Below, one piece after another: positions 52,201 through 64,000 of a stretch of DNA of 64,000 bases. The first letter of the stretch is position 1. Each line of letters starts with the position of its first letter. The stretch covers positions 62,001 through 126,000 of the forward strand of contig JBPGPT010000034.1 in assembly GCA_051047955.1 (NCBI GenBank). The letters are read 5' to 3'. Source of the DNA: Cystobasidiomycetes sp. EMM_F5 (taxonomy: Eukaryota). The notes under the pieces were generated by a model. That model did no database searches. It was not told the DNA's origin and saw only the letters and a list, made by a program, of their open reading frames with translations. The translations under genes were made by a program, and so were the position numbers.

Positions 52201-52983
52201 ACTTCATATTCTATATTGCGTCCTCAAAGACCCAGACTGTTGTTCCGAAGAAGCCGCTGAGATCTCGCCTCAAGAACCACACTGCTGCTTGGCGTGCAAA
52301 TCATAGCATTACCACTGTCGCCCCTTCATCGAGTAAAGGAGATAGCAGCCAACACGCTGCAGACTCCAAAAACGGCCAAGATCTGCAGAATACGCAGACC
52401 TCGTCGAATTATGCATCTATACATTGCCTTATTGTCGAAGATAACTTGCTCAGTGAGTGTCTACAGTCACCGCTCTGCCATGTCTTCAAGCCTGACGTGC
52501 CGACTTTGTCTTTCCAGACCAAAGGCTACTAGTGAAGCAACTGACGAAGGCAAACATCAGTTTGGATGTAGCGAATAATGGTTTGGAGGCGATTGAAAAG
52601 ATACAGCAAGCTCAAGTGCAAGGACTTCCGTTCAATACGTGTTTGATGGACGGTGAGTTCCGGTACTTCACCGCAGCTCCCGGACGAGAGGCTGACACTG
52701 AACTTAGGCGAGATGCCAATTTGCGGTGGTGTGGAAGCGACAATACGTATACGACAGCTCGAGAATCAAAAGAAATTATCTGGACGATTATGGATTTGCG
52801 GTGTCACGTAAGCGATCGTACTACCTTCTCCATGCGATATATCTCCTAACCTCGAAACTCAGTGGTAACGCTCGCGATCATTTCCTCAAGGAGGTTGCTG
52901 CCGCCGGTATGGACGATGTGGTTACAAAGCCTTACGCATTCAAGGATATCCTAGAGAAATTGTATAGCGCAACATCAGTCTAA
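46237..52983 (+). CDS. Dual hybrid histidine kinase (sensor region-HisKA-HATPase-REC-PAS-like-HisKA-HATPase-REC)
   Basis: Two H-boxes (FFTGVSHELRSPL; FLDVVS|HELRNPL), N/G boxes (NALKYT, DTGIGIP; RLAQVLINLISN, DTG|PGIS, GAGLGL), and two receivers (VADDN...DVMMPRMDG...KP; IVEDN...MD|EMP...KP). Many introns; start uncertain. Confidence 0.88.
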
Positions 52984-53177
52984 ATCAGGACTCGATGCAT
53001 GCATGGAGCCTATGTGTATAGGTGACCCTTACATGATTGTAAATGTGAGCAGTATTAGAAGTATTGTTGTTGTAGTATCGGTATGTAGCCGGCAAGAACG
53101 CTCTGTTCAATGGAAGTGTTATACAACGACATTGTTACTGCTAGTCATACATGGAACACATCTTTGCGATAACTTTT

Positions 53178-54546
53178 CTAGCTCGTGCGTACTTGTTCTT
53201 CTGGGCGGGTCAAGCTGTTGAGATTCCGCATGAGCAATTCATATCTGCAATGAGACTTCTCAGCCAGCAATCAAAAGTGCAACGTCAAAATGCTGTAGCG
53301 CCACGTACGTAAGGATAGTCATAGCTGAACTCGGAACAGTTCGTATCAGATTGACGCCTAAACCGCGATAGAAGCCTTGGAAGCCAGACTCTGCGGCAAT
53401 TGTGCGAATGACGCCCATGAGATTAAGCTCTTCTCCAGCGAAAGCGGCGCCTGAAGCGTGCGAACGTTGTATTTGCAGTCTAGTACGAACGACTTCGTGC
53501 GGATATGTTGTGACTGATGCTACTGCCTTGCTTGCAGACGAGCACAGCAGGATTTGCGATGATGGCAGATCTTTACCATCTTTCCCTGTTGCAATATATC
53601 AGCCGTACCCAACGTGACGCAGCGAAGCCTGCTGAATACTCACGATATATGGACTTTAGTCTTTCATAGAGAGGAAATTGTACAGCGACATGCGCTACGC
53701 CAAACAGTGAGGGTAGTAAGCCCTTGTATAGGGCCCCGACTCCTTCATTCCGCAAGATTTGTCGGAATGCCTCGTATGTATGCCGGTATTTCGGCCTGTC
53801 TGGATGCATATTCTGCGTCTGCATGCGCGTCGCAGTATGCAGTGTCGATCTATCAGCTCAACCTCAAAACAAGGTGACCAGAAACAGCCTACCATAAAGC
53901 GTGTTTTGATGACCCAGAGTGGGTTTGTAAGTATAGTTCCGCTAGCACCTCCGAGCATTGCGGCAAGAACGTGAGCTATCGGATCTTGACCATTAGCTGC
54001 GGCTGATAGCAGGTTGGCTACCGGTCAGTTCGGACGGTTCGATTACACCACGACAGCGGAAATCTATAATCTACTGACTTCCTCGACGCTCCATCAACCG
54101 CACTTTGACGCGGTCGTACACTGTAAAGTATATGGCCCACGTAGGGAGATACCCGTAAATGGTCGGGGCGAGGCCTCGGTAGAAACCCCGTAGACCTTCG
54201 GTCTTCCAGACCATTGCGACAGTGTCGACGAGACCGGACACATCCTTTCCAGCGCTATTGACGGCTTGAATACCGCCTTGAGCTTGCAAGCGCGTCTTTA
54301 CAACGTCGAGCGGGCACGTCACTACGCTACTGATAAGGCCAGCGCCTGCCCCGGCAATCATCGATTCGCTCCCCTTGAGGACTGTCCATTTGTTGCGTTT
54401 GTCGAGATCTTTGAGCAGACCTGCGTGTAAGTGCGTGTCAGCCTTTCATTGCGCCTTGCTCTACCAACATATGCTTCGTCGGACAAAGCCAAAAGCCCGC
54501 GGAGGATTTGTATTGGACTATTCGACTGGCGTGACTCACCACGCAT
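53178..54546 (-). CDS. NDT1: Mitochondrial carrier, NAD+ transporter (Ndt1/Yia6-like)
   Basis: Three Px[DE/W]xx[KR]xR repeats (PLDVVKTR, PLWVIKTR, PHEVVRTR) and YLPTWAIYFTVYD. Confidence 0.85.
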
Positions 54547-54899
54547 GGGGCCGTGCTGTCACGGAGCTGTTTCAGTACTGCCATCCACTGCGCGGTGGTG
54601 TCAACTACTGATTGCTCACCGAAAACGACGACATCTTTCTGCCTCCGCTGCGCCGGGGAAGTGAGCTACGGCGACGGGCTCAGCTGGCTAGTGTGTTGCA
54701 GAGGTTGCCGTTGCTGCAGCATGTGTGGTGTTGCGGTGAGTCCAAAGCCGGGCTGAGCCAACTTGCGTTTTAATCCAAGTTGTCGACTTGGTTGTATTCG
54801 ATTGCTGCATTGATTATGACCATTTCAGCCTTTGGCTACACATCGACTCTGCCCAATAATCCTGCAAGCTCAATATTCGCACCCAGCCTGTCCGGCGCC

Positions 54900-57045
54900 A
54901 TGGAACCGCCAGGCGACACTGCTCCGACGGGCTCTGCTCGTAGGAGGGTCGCCTACTACTTTGACCAGGATATCGGGGCATGTCAGTGGGCGCAGATGTT
55001 GGGGTTATTCATTGAGTTGGGTGCTGATGGGCAGCGTCTGCTCTGCATTATACAGACGCCTACACGCTCGTCCACCCGATGAAGCCGCACCGCATAAAGA
55101 TGGCTCACAATCTCATTGTAAACTACGGACTCGACAAACGGATGGAGGTGCTCGTGAGCCAGCGCGAGTAAATGGCGAGTAGCCGAGTGCAGAACTGATA
55201 TCCTCCCGTTACAGCGACCCCAACGCGCGACGGCGTTCGAAATGACAAAGTTCCATACAGACGAATACATTGACTTTCTCCAGCGAGTGACGCCCGAGAC
55301 AGCAGACGAACTCACCGGAAAGGGCACACGGTGTAAGCTGGTACACCTGCGCTTGAGCGAGCTGACCGAGGCTAACTGCAATGGCCTTTACCTGTCACTT
55401 TCCGCACGTGACGTATCCTGCAGTCCTCGTCGGCGAGGACAATCCAGCTTTCGACGGCCTATTTGAATTCTGCTCCATCAGCGCTGGAGGATCGGTGAGC
55501 GCAGCCAAACGGATGAACTCTGGCCACGCAGATATCGCCCTGAACTGGGCTGGCGGTCTACATCACGCAAAGAAGCGAGAGGCATCTGGATTCTGCTATG
55601 TCAATGATATTGTGCTGGGCATCCTGGAACTACTAAAGTGCGAAGATTGCTTGCGTTCCCTGTAAGACGCAGCTCAAGCTATGTTCCATCAGATTCCACG
55701 CCAGAGTACTCTACATCGACATTGACATCCACCATGGCGACGGTGTGGAGGAAGCCTTCTACAGCACAGATCGGGTAATGACCTGTTCATTACACAAGTT
55801 TGGCGACTACTTGTCCGTTTGATGACCAAGCTGTCTCGGAGTGAGCAATGCTAACATTACATACTCCCTAGTCCGGGTACAGGAGACTTGCACGATATTG
55901 GAATAGGCAAAGGCAAAAATTACGCAGTGAATGTTCCGCTCAAGGATGGCATAGATGACCTTACGTACCGTAACATCTTTCGACCTGTAAGCTCGGATAC
56001 TCTTGCCTGACACAGCGTCCTCGTCGGTTTATCTCTCGCCCTTGCCAGATTATCCAATACATTATGGACTGGTACAAACCTGGAGCTGTCGTATTGCAGT
56101 GCGGGGCGGACTCATTAGCAGAAGACAAGCTTGGCTGCTTCAATCTTTCAATGCAAGGTAACCCTAAATCCGCTCGTCTTGCTCGAGAATAATACACTGA
56201 TCATGCCATGACATTCTGGCAGGTCATGCCGACTGCGTCCGGTTTGTCAAGTCATTCGACGTGCCAGTCATGATTCTTGGAGGTGGAGGCTACACCACGC
56301 GAAACGTGGCGCGGACATGGGCGTACGAAACAGCGATAGCGACAGGAGAGGAGCTTGGACCTTACCTGCCATTCAATGATTATTTCGAGTACTTTGGTCC
56401 CGAGTTTAAGCTCGATGTTCCTCCAAACAACATGGACAACCAGAACAGCCAAAAGTATCTTGACGGAATCCTGTGAGTACTGTGCCTTGTCTGATTCCGC
56501 ACGACTGAGATTAGATTGTATCCTTAGCGAAACCGTCACGGAACAGCTTAAGAACATGCCGTTCTCGCCGAGCGCGCAGCAGCAGCCGATCCCGGGCGAT
56601 CTCTCTGACGATGACTATGGCGAGTCAGATTCTGACCTGGAGACGCGTATCACTCGTAAGCTTCTGTCGCTTGTATGAAGAGCAAGCGAATCCCGCATTG
56701 ACAGGATCGAATATAGAGCGGCAGAAGGATGCCTTCATAGCCCGGTATGGCGACACGCTTTCCGACTCGGAAGAAGACGAGCCGTATCTACTAAAGAGAC
56801 CGCCTCCTCCGCCCCTGCGGCCCCTCTCGCACCCACAGCAAGTCGGTCCACCCAGCAAACGCTTGCGGAGGTCACACTTGACTCCTCACAATTCCACGTA
56901 CCAGCAACAACAAGCTCAGCAACAGATTGCGCTCCAATTGCAGTTGCAATCCCAGGCTCGCAACAATATGCCCCACCCTAGTCGGCCAGGCAATGTCGTT
57001 CGTTCCTTCTTCCCAGGCGATACTCAGTCACAAGGCAGTTCATAA
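54900..57045 (+). CDS. RPD3: Class I histone deacetylase (Rpd3/Clr6-like)
   Basis: [50 protein letters not shown] and [12 protein letters not shown] motifs. Confidence 0.92.
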
Positions 57046-57172
57046 TGCATGTTCAGTTTGTTGTTGTCTATACTAGAGGCGCTTCGAGGCAGCTCATAGC
57101 GCTAGCGCAAGCCCACTTGATCTTGTTTCGTCGTTTCTGTCCAATGCTGTCACGTATGCGACTGCGACAGAG

Positions 57173-58784
57173 ATGAGCAATGGCGAGGATGGTGGACCAA
57201 ACGCCGGTATCCAGCCAACTGCAGCACCATCAGGCAAAGCAGGCGAGGCCGTGACCAGCCATGACCAGGTTCGCGGGAATCTCGGTGCCGGTGCAAGTCC
57301 AGCGCAGCAAAGTCCTACGACACAGCGGCGACCTGGGTATACTGCGCCATTCTTTGCGAGTGCGGCACAGCCTGAAATAAGTCAGTATGGACTTGGAATT
57401 AGGCCTTGTCATCAGCTGATGGACGATGTCCTTGCCGGAAACAGTACGCGCAAATCAGAAAGATCTCTACTACCTGGCTCAGCTGTCCCAACAGCTTGAA
57501 GAAGTTCTGCGAAGCGCTCTTGGTAGGCTTACTTTGCAAAGTGTAGAAAAGATTAGGCTGGTTCGAAAGGTCTGACTTGTCTCGCACAAGGAACCCGGTG
57601 GCTGCAGTCATGGGCGAGCGAAGTTGGAATCGCAAGCAGTCTGCTCTATTACACTCTTACAACACTCGTCGGTTAGTATCGCATAGGCTGACTGTGAAGC
57701 CACGGCTGATCTCAGCCGTTAAATAAAGGTAGCCAAACGCTAGGCGAAGAATATGTCGACATTCTGCAGTACAGCAGCAAGACTCGCAAAATACCCAACA
57801 CACTGGTACGGATACTGTATCATAGTAAGTGTAAGGTCCAGCTGATCTAGGCGTCTGCAGTCACGCCTCAGCCTCATCTTGTCTCACACCTTGGCTCCAT
57901 ACCTGCTGGCTCGCTTATATACTGCCATCAAGCAGAGACTAATCGCCAGGCGTGCGCTGCGTGATCTTCAAATTGCGTCTCGCGCTTCCACTGGTCCTGT
58001 CCACGTATCGAACGAATCAGAGCCGCTCTTTGCAGATGACTCTAGTCCGCCTCTGCCAGAGGCGGCATCTACGACTGTACCCCTACAGCCGCCGGTTTCC
58101 AGCTCCTCTAGCTTCACTGCTCGGTTGCCCCTGCTATCTCTTCTGAACAACATAGAATTGCCGGCCTTCGAAAACCTAATCAACGAGCATGTTCGTGCGA
58201 TCCATTTGGCAATCTTCTATCTGTTTGGTCGGTACTATCACCTCGCAAAGCGGTTCTTTCGCATTCGATACCTATCATTGCAGCCTAGACCTACCGAAGC
58301 GCAACAAGGCGCAGCTGGCACGAAACCGCCCTCATACGAAGTCCTCGGTGTGCTCATGGTAGTTCAGCTTAGTGTACGTTTGATCAGCCATATTATGGAG
58401 AGACGGCGTCTGCAGAAGGAGCAAACGTCTACCAAGGAGAAAGCGGCATCGATTTCACCTGTTGAGGAGGCTGCACGGCCTATTGCGAACATCGATGGCC
58501 GTTCAATACTGGATTTGACATTTGATCCTGAGGACCCGCATCCCGATGATCTTGGAGAGGCACCTGACGCTCACAGCATCAACGAATATGAAGATGAGGA
58601 TGAGGTTTCCCAGGCGCGACGATGTACTTTATGCCTCAGCCCTCGTCGCGATCCTGCCGCTACGGAGTGTGGCCACGTCTTTTGCTATCAGTGCATCGTT
58701 GGATGGGCTAGAGAAAAGCCTGAATGTCCGCTATGCAGGCAGAAAGTAATTCTATCGAAGATTCTGCCGTTATATGGACTATGA
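57173..58784 (+). CDS. PEX10: Peroxin 10 (RING peroxin)
   Basis: AAQPEI|IRANQKD, QTLGEEYVDI, HLAIFYLFGRYYHLAKR, and C3HC4 RING CTLC...CGHVFCYQC...CPLCRQ. Confidence 0.93.
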
Positions 58785-58980
58785 ACCAATAGACGTGTGA
58801 CCGTTAGTGCAGAACACGTCAGTATCGTCCCTGTTGTTGCCAGTTTACTACGGAAGAGAATATGCGTTACGCAAAGAAAATCTGCACTGTGACTTCACCC
58901 AAACAAATGTGCTGTTATGCTATCGGCGACATGCCCTCGTCATGTGTTATTTGATAGCGATGTGGGATCGAGCAGGAAAA

Positions 58981-60339
58981 TTACGATCCGCCGACATGTT
59001 GACCTGAATTGATGTGCAGGACACTGCCGGTGACCACGTTGGAGTCGGCTGATGCCAGGTAGATGTAGGCTGCACCCAATTCTGCAGGTTGAGCGACTCG
59101 TCCCCACAAAGGGATATCGCCAACGCCCCAGTCCTCCATTCCATCTGCAGAGCGGGACGCCGGTTGTAAGGGAGTGTAGACTGGACCAGGGGCGACTGCG
59201 TTTACTCGAATGCCGTTTGGCATTTGCTGAAGAGCCAGGGAGCGGGTGAATGTGCTGATTGCACCCTTTGTAGCAGAGTAGTCTAAGAACTGCGCAGAGC
59301 CTGACATAGTACGAAGCAGTCAGGACAAGACCGAGCACCAGGCTGTGCTAATACACCGACCTTTGTAGCACGTCACCGATGTAGAGTTTACGATTGTAGC
59401 TCCCCGCTTCATGTGCGGAATAGCGTATTTTGTCAAGACAATCATAGCGACGATATTGCTGTGGAAAGTGGAGCGGACATCGTCCGGGTTGATGTCTGCA
59501 ACATTCTTGCAGTTGATTTGCTTCGACGCATTGTTGATGAGTACGTCGACTCTGCAGGCAAAGACAAGGTGAGCACAGTAAAGAAATCGGGAGAAGGGAT
59601 GAGATCTACCTTCCAAACTTCTTGACGTGTTCATCGACCAATTTCTTGCATTCTGCGTCGTCTTCGAGATTTCCAGGTACGAGTAGGCATGATTGACCTT
59701 CGGCTTCTACACGCTTTTTTGTGTCATCCGCGCTAGAGTAACAAGTTAGCAGGGTGAAATTACTATTTCTTGGTGTTCGCCTACTCGACCTGCTCTTCCG
59801 ACAGATATCCGATAGTCACGTCGGCACCTTCACGAGCAGCGAAGACTTCAGAGAAGGTCATCAGTCTAGAAATCATGCTGAGATAGTTGTCTCACTCACT
59901 CGCTACAGACTTGCCGATTCCAGAATCTCCACCGGTAATGATGACCTTCTTGCCCTTGAGTTTGCCTACACCCCTGTACTCCTCCAGGTATGGCTTGCCG
60001 TTCTCATCCCATTTCTCGAGCTTGGTGTGTTCTGGTGTATACCGTTAGCGGAGTGAACGCATGCTCTGGCCATTCCCAGGTCGCATCCTCACCAGCAAAG
60101 GGCTCCATTGACATGTCTGTGCCTGGAAGGTCCTGCTTTTGCTTGCGAGGTGCGTAGTTTTCATAAGCGGTGGTTACTTTGTCGTTGTCTGCCATCTTGA
60201 CTGAATCTGTGCTGAAAGATTTGGATGGAGCCCTAAGAACAGCCGCAGCCTGAGGTTGTCGTCGTAGATATCGACAACTTCCGGGACATGACGACCGCAG
60301 GATCTGGATCGCCTGCACGTGACATCTACTCGATGCCAT
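58981..60339 (-). CDS. Short-chain dehydrogenase/reductase (stress-associated YghA/YdaD-like group)
   Basis: ITGGDSGIG, LINNAS, YSATKGAI and VNAVAPGPVYTP motifs. Alternative start at 60195. Confidence 0.9.
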
Positions 60340-60760
60340 GACTTTTGACAGAAGGGCGTGCTTGGAGCGGGAAGCTTTTCCCCGCCGTGTGTGAAACCTG
60401 TGGAGATGGCCGTGGCTTCAGCAGTGGGTTGTGCGAAAATCGGATCGCGAGCAAGTACGAGCGGCTATGATAGTCAAGATGGCAACATGGCAGTGGGGTG
60501 GATTTCAGAAACATCATCGAGAGACTTGGTTATCAAGGGTTTACAAGGAGTGCACTAGCCGCTTCACATTTCCGTAGCCATTTAACAAGCCATGATGACG
60601 ACGAAGCACAATTCCGAGGAGAGCCCTATCGCTCATACGCACACACCAGCAGGATACGTGCACCTGTACGCCCGAATTCGCTTGAGCATGATACACGCAG
60701 GCTGCGTCCGCGTAGGTGTTTTTACAAGAATTTCGCCATCGAATTCCACACATGCCGCAA

Positions 60761-61568
60761 TTACGCTCGCTTCTCTTGCTTCTCCAGCATCCTCTTGATT
60801 TGTGGTGCTTCTCCTTGTCGGAACACACCAACGCCGTACTCGTAGACGAGAGATCCACCGCTGCATTAAAGGAATTAGCAAAGTCCACAACTGATCAAGG
60901 TCTGATCATCGTGACCCACAGATACGCCGAGTAGAAGAAGAGTGGGAGGACCGCCGCTGACAAGAAGGCATTGCCTCGTGGAAGAGCTAGAGTAGGAGAT
61001 TGTGCTCTTTTGTAGAAGTTATAGACAGCAATTCCGACCGTGACATCGTTCATCGTGGCGTGCGTCACTGTAGACCAGAGAGTTTCACATCGATGCATAA
61101 GCCTCGTACTCTTCGTCGTATACAGAGCCCGCAACACTTACAGGTTGTCTTTAGCCTTCGGGCACCAATATCCTCGTTGCTCCCAAAGTAAGCGTCTTTG
61201 ATTGCTGGCAAATATCCTCCCTTGACCTTGGCTTGATTTTCGAGTAGATTATAGCCTTCTGCCAGCCCAGTGATGATGCTGATCGCAGAGAATGCAATAC
61301 CTGCAGCGTTCATGTAGTGCGAAGCTGCGGATATAGAACTGGCGGGCGGAATAAGCTTGTTCAACAAACTGCCAGACTGCGTCTGGGCAAAGACGCCAGG
61401 AACAAAGTGCTGCAGAACGTCAAGGGTGAACGCTCCTGTTAGAAAAGCAATGGGCCAATGGACTGTTGCCTGCATTATCAACCATCAGGGCCAAACTTGT
61501 GAAACGCGACTGGGAGATCTGCGTACCGGATGAATAGGATGGGACATCTCGACTGGAGATTGTCCCAT
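60761..61568 (-). CDS. DUF2231-like membrane protein
   Basis: HPIHP|ATVHWPIAFL, HATMND and AYL|GGSLVYEYGVGV motifs with about 4 hydrophobic segments. Confidence 0.75.
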
Positions 61569-62207
61569 TCCGACAGCTGCCTATGTGTCATAATGCAAGA
61601 TCAGTCCATGTCTCGATCTTTCTAATCCAGACTGACCGCGGCATCGACAGCTTTCTTGATTGTGGAAGTAGAATCAGACATTGTCAGGCAGTTTGGCAGT
61701 ATATGAGGAAGAGTAGCAAGCACAAGTCTTTCTCAGCTCGCAGCAATTGGCTTCAGGCATCCTGACCCGCACGCGCGTCGCAATCTGCCAACACTGCGAT
61801 TCGCAGATCTCCTGTCTGGTGCGGTCATAATCGTTAGAGTCCGAACCTGCAAAAGATCGGCAAGCAGAAAATCGAATAAACAAGCGTGCAAGGACTGGGA
61901 CGGCAAGATGATATCGGGAGCAAGGAGCGTTCTTGTTCAATTCGTACGACAGACTGTGACTGCATAGAAAGCTCTACCAAACGTACCGTAATGGGTAATG
62001 GTTCCGCATTATGATTCAACGTGCCATCTACATCAGATGTTACTGTCCGAGACGCTCTCGTCTTATTCTATCGTACGGATCATCGTAGGCTGGCGCAAGG
62101 TCTCGAGCTTCAGTCGAATTATACGGTGCTGCACCATACCCTCTAGGCGTAGGATCGTCTACAGACAAGCGTACTCTCAGCAAAGCGCGCCCGTACAGTC
62201 AAACTTC

Positions 62208-63502
62208 TCAAAACGTACCGAAGGGTCTTCCAGCATCGTAAAACGTGTTGCTCTGTCTGGCTTGCGTGGCAGCGTGGGCGCGAGCTGCAAAACCTCCAGT
62301 GCCATAACCGCCTAACGAGTCTTGCGCAGACATTGGCGGAGACGTGCCTTGACCATGATATGCTTCATCTTCTCGGTCGGCATCCAAGGAATCGTAGCCT
62401 AGTCCAGCTTCCACGTCGGCATTCCAGGTGTCCTTGTCTCCGTCTGCAGGCGGGATGAAGCCTGGTATTTTGGGTGCCGATCTGCTACGCCTCCATATAA
62501 ATATCACTTGTATCTGAGATAGTAAGGACAGATATTCAGCTCACGGACGGTCGGAGACACGCCGTGCTCACTGACCAAAGATAGCAAGCTAGAAAAGAAC
62601 GCAAACCATATGAATGCTGTAAGTGCTCGCTTGTTGCGGCAGAAACCTGGTAAGATGTCCTTGTACCCTTCCTCGTCTTTGATACCGCATGCGAGGAATT
62701 AGTGGACGTGCTGGCTGCGGAGACCAGTCATGCCGCACCTGCATTGGGATCCGAGTCTGGCGACTTGCAGCCTTTGACATTACTTGAGATTGTCATCGTA
62801 AAGCTGAAGTGATCGTACTGATTCAGCCGTGTGTTTGTAGTATTACCTTGACGTCCGCCACTTACGCTAGTATCAGTATAAGCACTGTTTGGAACGTGTT
62901 GAGCGTGACGGCAGGTCGAAACTGCTTGAGTGCGCCCGCTAATCTCCGAAAAGAGCCTTTCTTCTCGTTGAGAACGGGAACGAGCAGCATGAACAAGCTG
63001 TTGAAGAGAACTCCGATCAGAAGAAAGACTATCGACGATAATGAAAGGTGATCTGCGTCAATCGCGCCGGCATAATGCTTCAACCAGTACACCAGTCGAC
63101 GCACAGCTGAATATCACCAGGCCGGATGGGCCGACATCCCATTTCTTCTGTGTTGATGCTAGTGCGCCGTTGATGCAGATACCGACAAAGGAGAAGAATA
63201 TCTGGTAACGGCGGATGGTAATTGAGCGATGTTGTAACATTATACGGCACAGCACTCACCTGAGACCCACGCAGAGCATACAGCGTCCAGCCCACCCCAT
63301 CGTCATTGGTGCCGTTCCCATCCAGCATTGCCCAAGCCCTGCGTTTGCTACGACCCTGTTGTGGTCCACCCCTGATACCGCGTTCGTGTGTCCCGACACC
63401 ACCGGGGCTGGTATGCACTCCGTCGGCGGCTCCGTCGTCGTTGTCCCGTTTCCAGAACCGCCTCAATCCATGAAACTCGCCAAACGAGTCTGCGAACCCC
63501 AT
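62208..63502 (-). CDS. Multi-pass membrane protein (MARVEL-like 4-TM), function unknown
   Basis: Multi-exon ORF with about 4 hydrophobic segments between hydrophilic N- and C-terminal tails. Confidence 0.55.
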
Positions 63503-63934
63503 AGCTTGCCACGATGCTTGCAGCCGTATCCGGGTTCCCTATCAGCTCCCTGAGGCGGCTAGTGGCTTAGCTACCCCTCGCCGTCAGGAGTCCGTGTTTG
63601 CGACATGGCCCTCGCAACTCGACGCAACGGTCAGCGGGTGTCAGTTTGACCAAAGCTTTGGGCCCGCAGTGGTAAACAGGCTTGGTGCAGGTCTGAAAGT
63701 CGCATTTTGACACCTTCTGGACAGAAGTATTCAAAGCAGGCTGCTTGTGCAATTGGCTTCCTTCAAAGCTGCATGGGGAATCTGCGGAGAGTGAGTTTGT
63801 ATCTGATCGGGCCGACATTGTGACCGAGTTCCGTGGTAGTTATCACTCAAGACGCGCGACTAACTCACTGATATCACTTCTAGTGCTGACATATCTTGTG
63901 CTTCTCTTGCCCGCTTTCCTCAACATTGGCAGTG

Positions 63935-64000
63935 ATGGCCGACCTCGTCCAGCTGAAAAACATCGAGAGGCTGTCTCCGCTTGTAACGAGGGTTCTTGGA
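63935..64000 (+). CDS. N-terminus of a LACTB2-like metallo-beta-lactamase; 3'-truncated by the window edge
   Basis: MADLVQLKNIERLSPLVTRVLG matches the typical start of this family (ERLSPxVxRxLG, usually followed by NP). Confidence 0.6.
   Translation, partial: MADLVQLKNIERLSPLVTRVLG

Noticed and set aside
26588..57045. Sirtuin, NAD+ carrier and RPD3 as an acetylation/NAD module
   Set aside because: RPD3 is zinc-dependent rather than NAD-dependent, the sirtuin is ~24 kb away, and head-to-head pairs are the norm here.

Overview
This is a gene-dense eukaryotic window of about 32 protein-coding loci in 64 kb. Short introns (~50-110 nt, GT/GC...CTRAY...YAG), micro-exons and tiny head-to-head intergenic gaps fit a compact, intron-rich basidiomycete yeast-like fungus; the taxon is inferred, not shown. 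Most loci are housekeeping genes: LCP5, RBG2, BTN1, MDJ1, VPS2, URA6, MET30/sconB, LPD1, a SAC7-like RhoGAP, an HST3/4 sirtuin, SCOT, URA5, TAH18, an NDT1-like carrier, an RPD3-like HDAC and PEX10. The most interesting parts are: (1) a divergent PRA1/Aspf2 zincophore + ZrfC-type ZIP transporter pair with CAAGGT promoter motifs; (2) a TPR/J-domain co-chaperone with a strong FFAT motif; (3) a RING-TRAF-Zn-ZZ-ZZ candidate N-degron E3 ligase; (4) an ascomycete-looking arylamine N-acetyltransferase head-to-head with an aldo-keto reductase; (5) a dual hybrid histidine kinase next to an Nbp2-like SH3 adaptor; (6) two tandem mitochondrial LEA-like genes; (7) several GC-AG introns and a GATA-box array. 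I saw no rRNA, tRNA, transposon or CRISPR array, and cannot demonstrate a wholly new system from sequence alone. CDS spans include introns and were spliced by eye; family calls rest on recognised motifs, not database searches.
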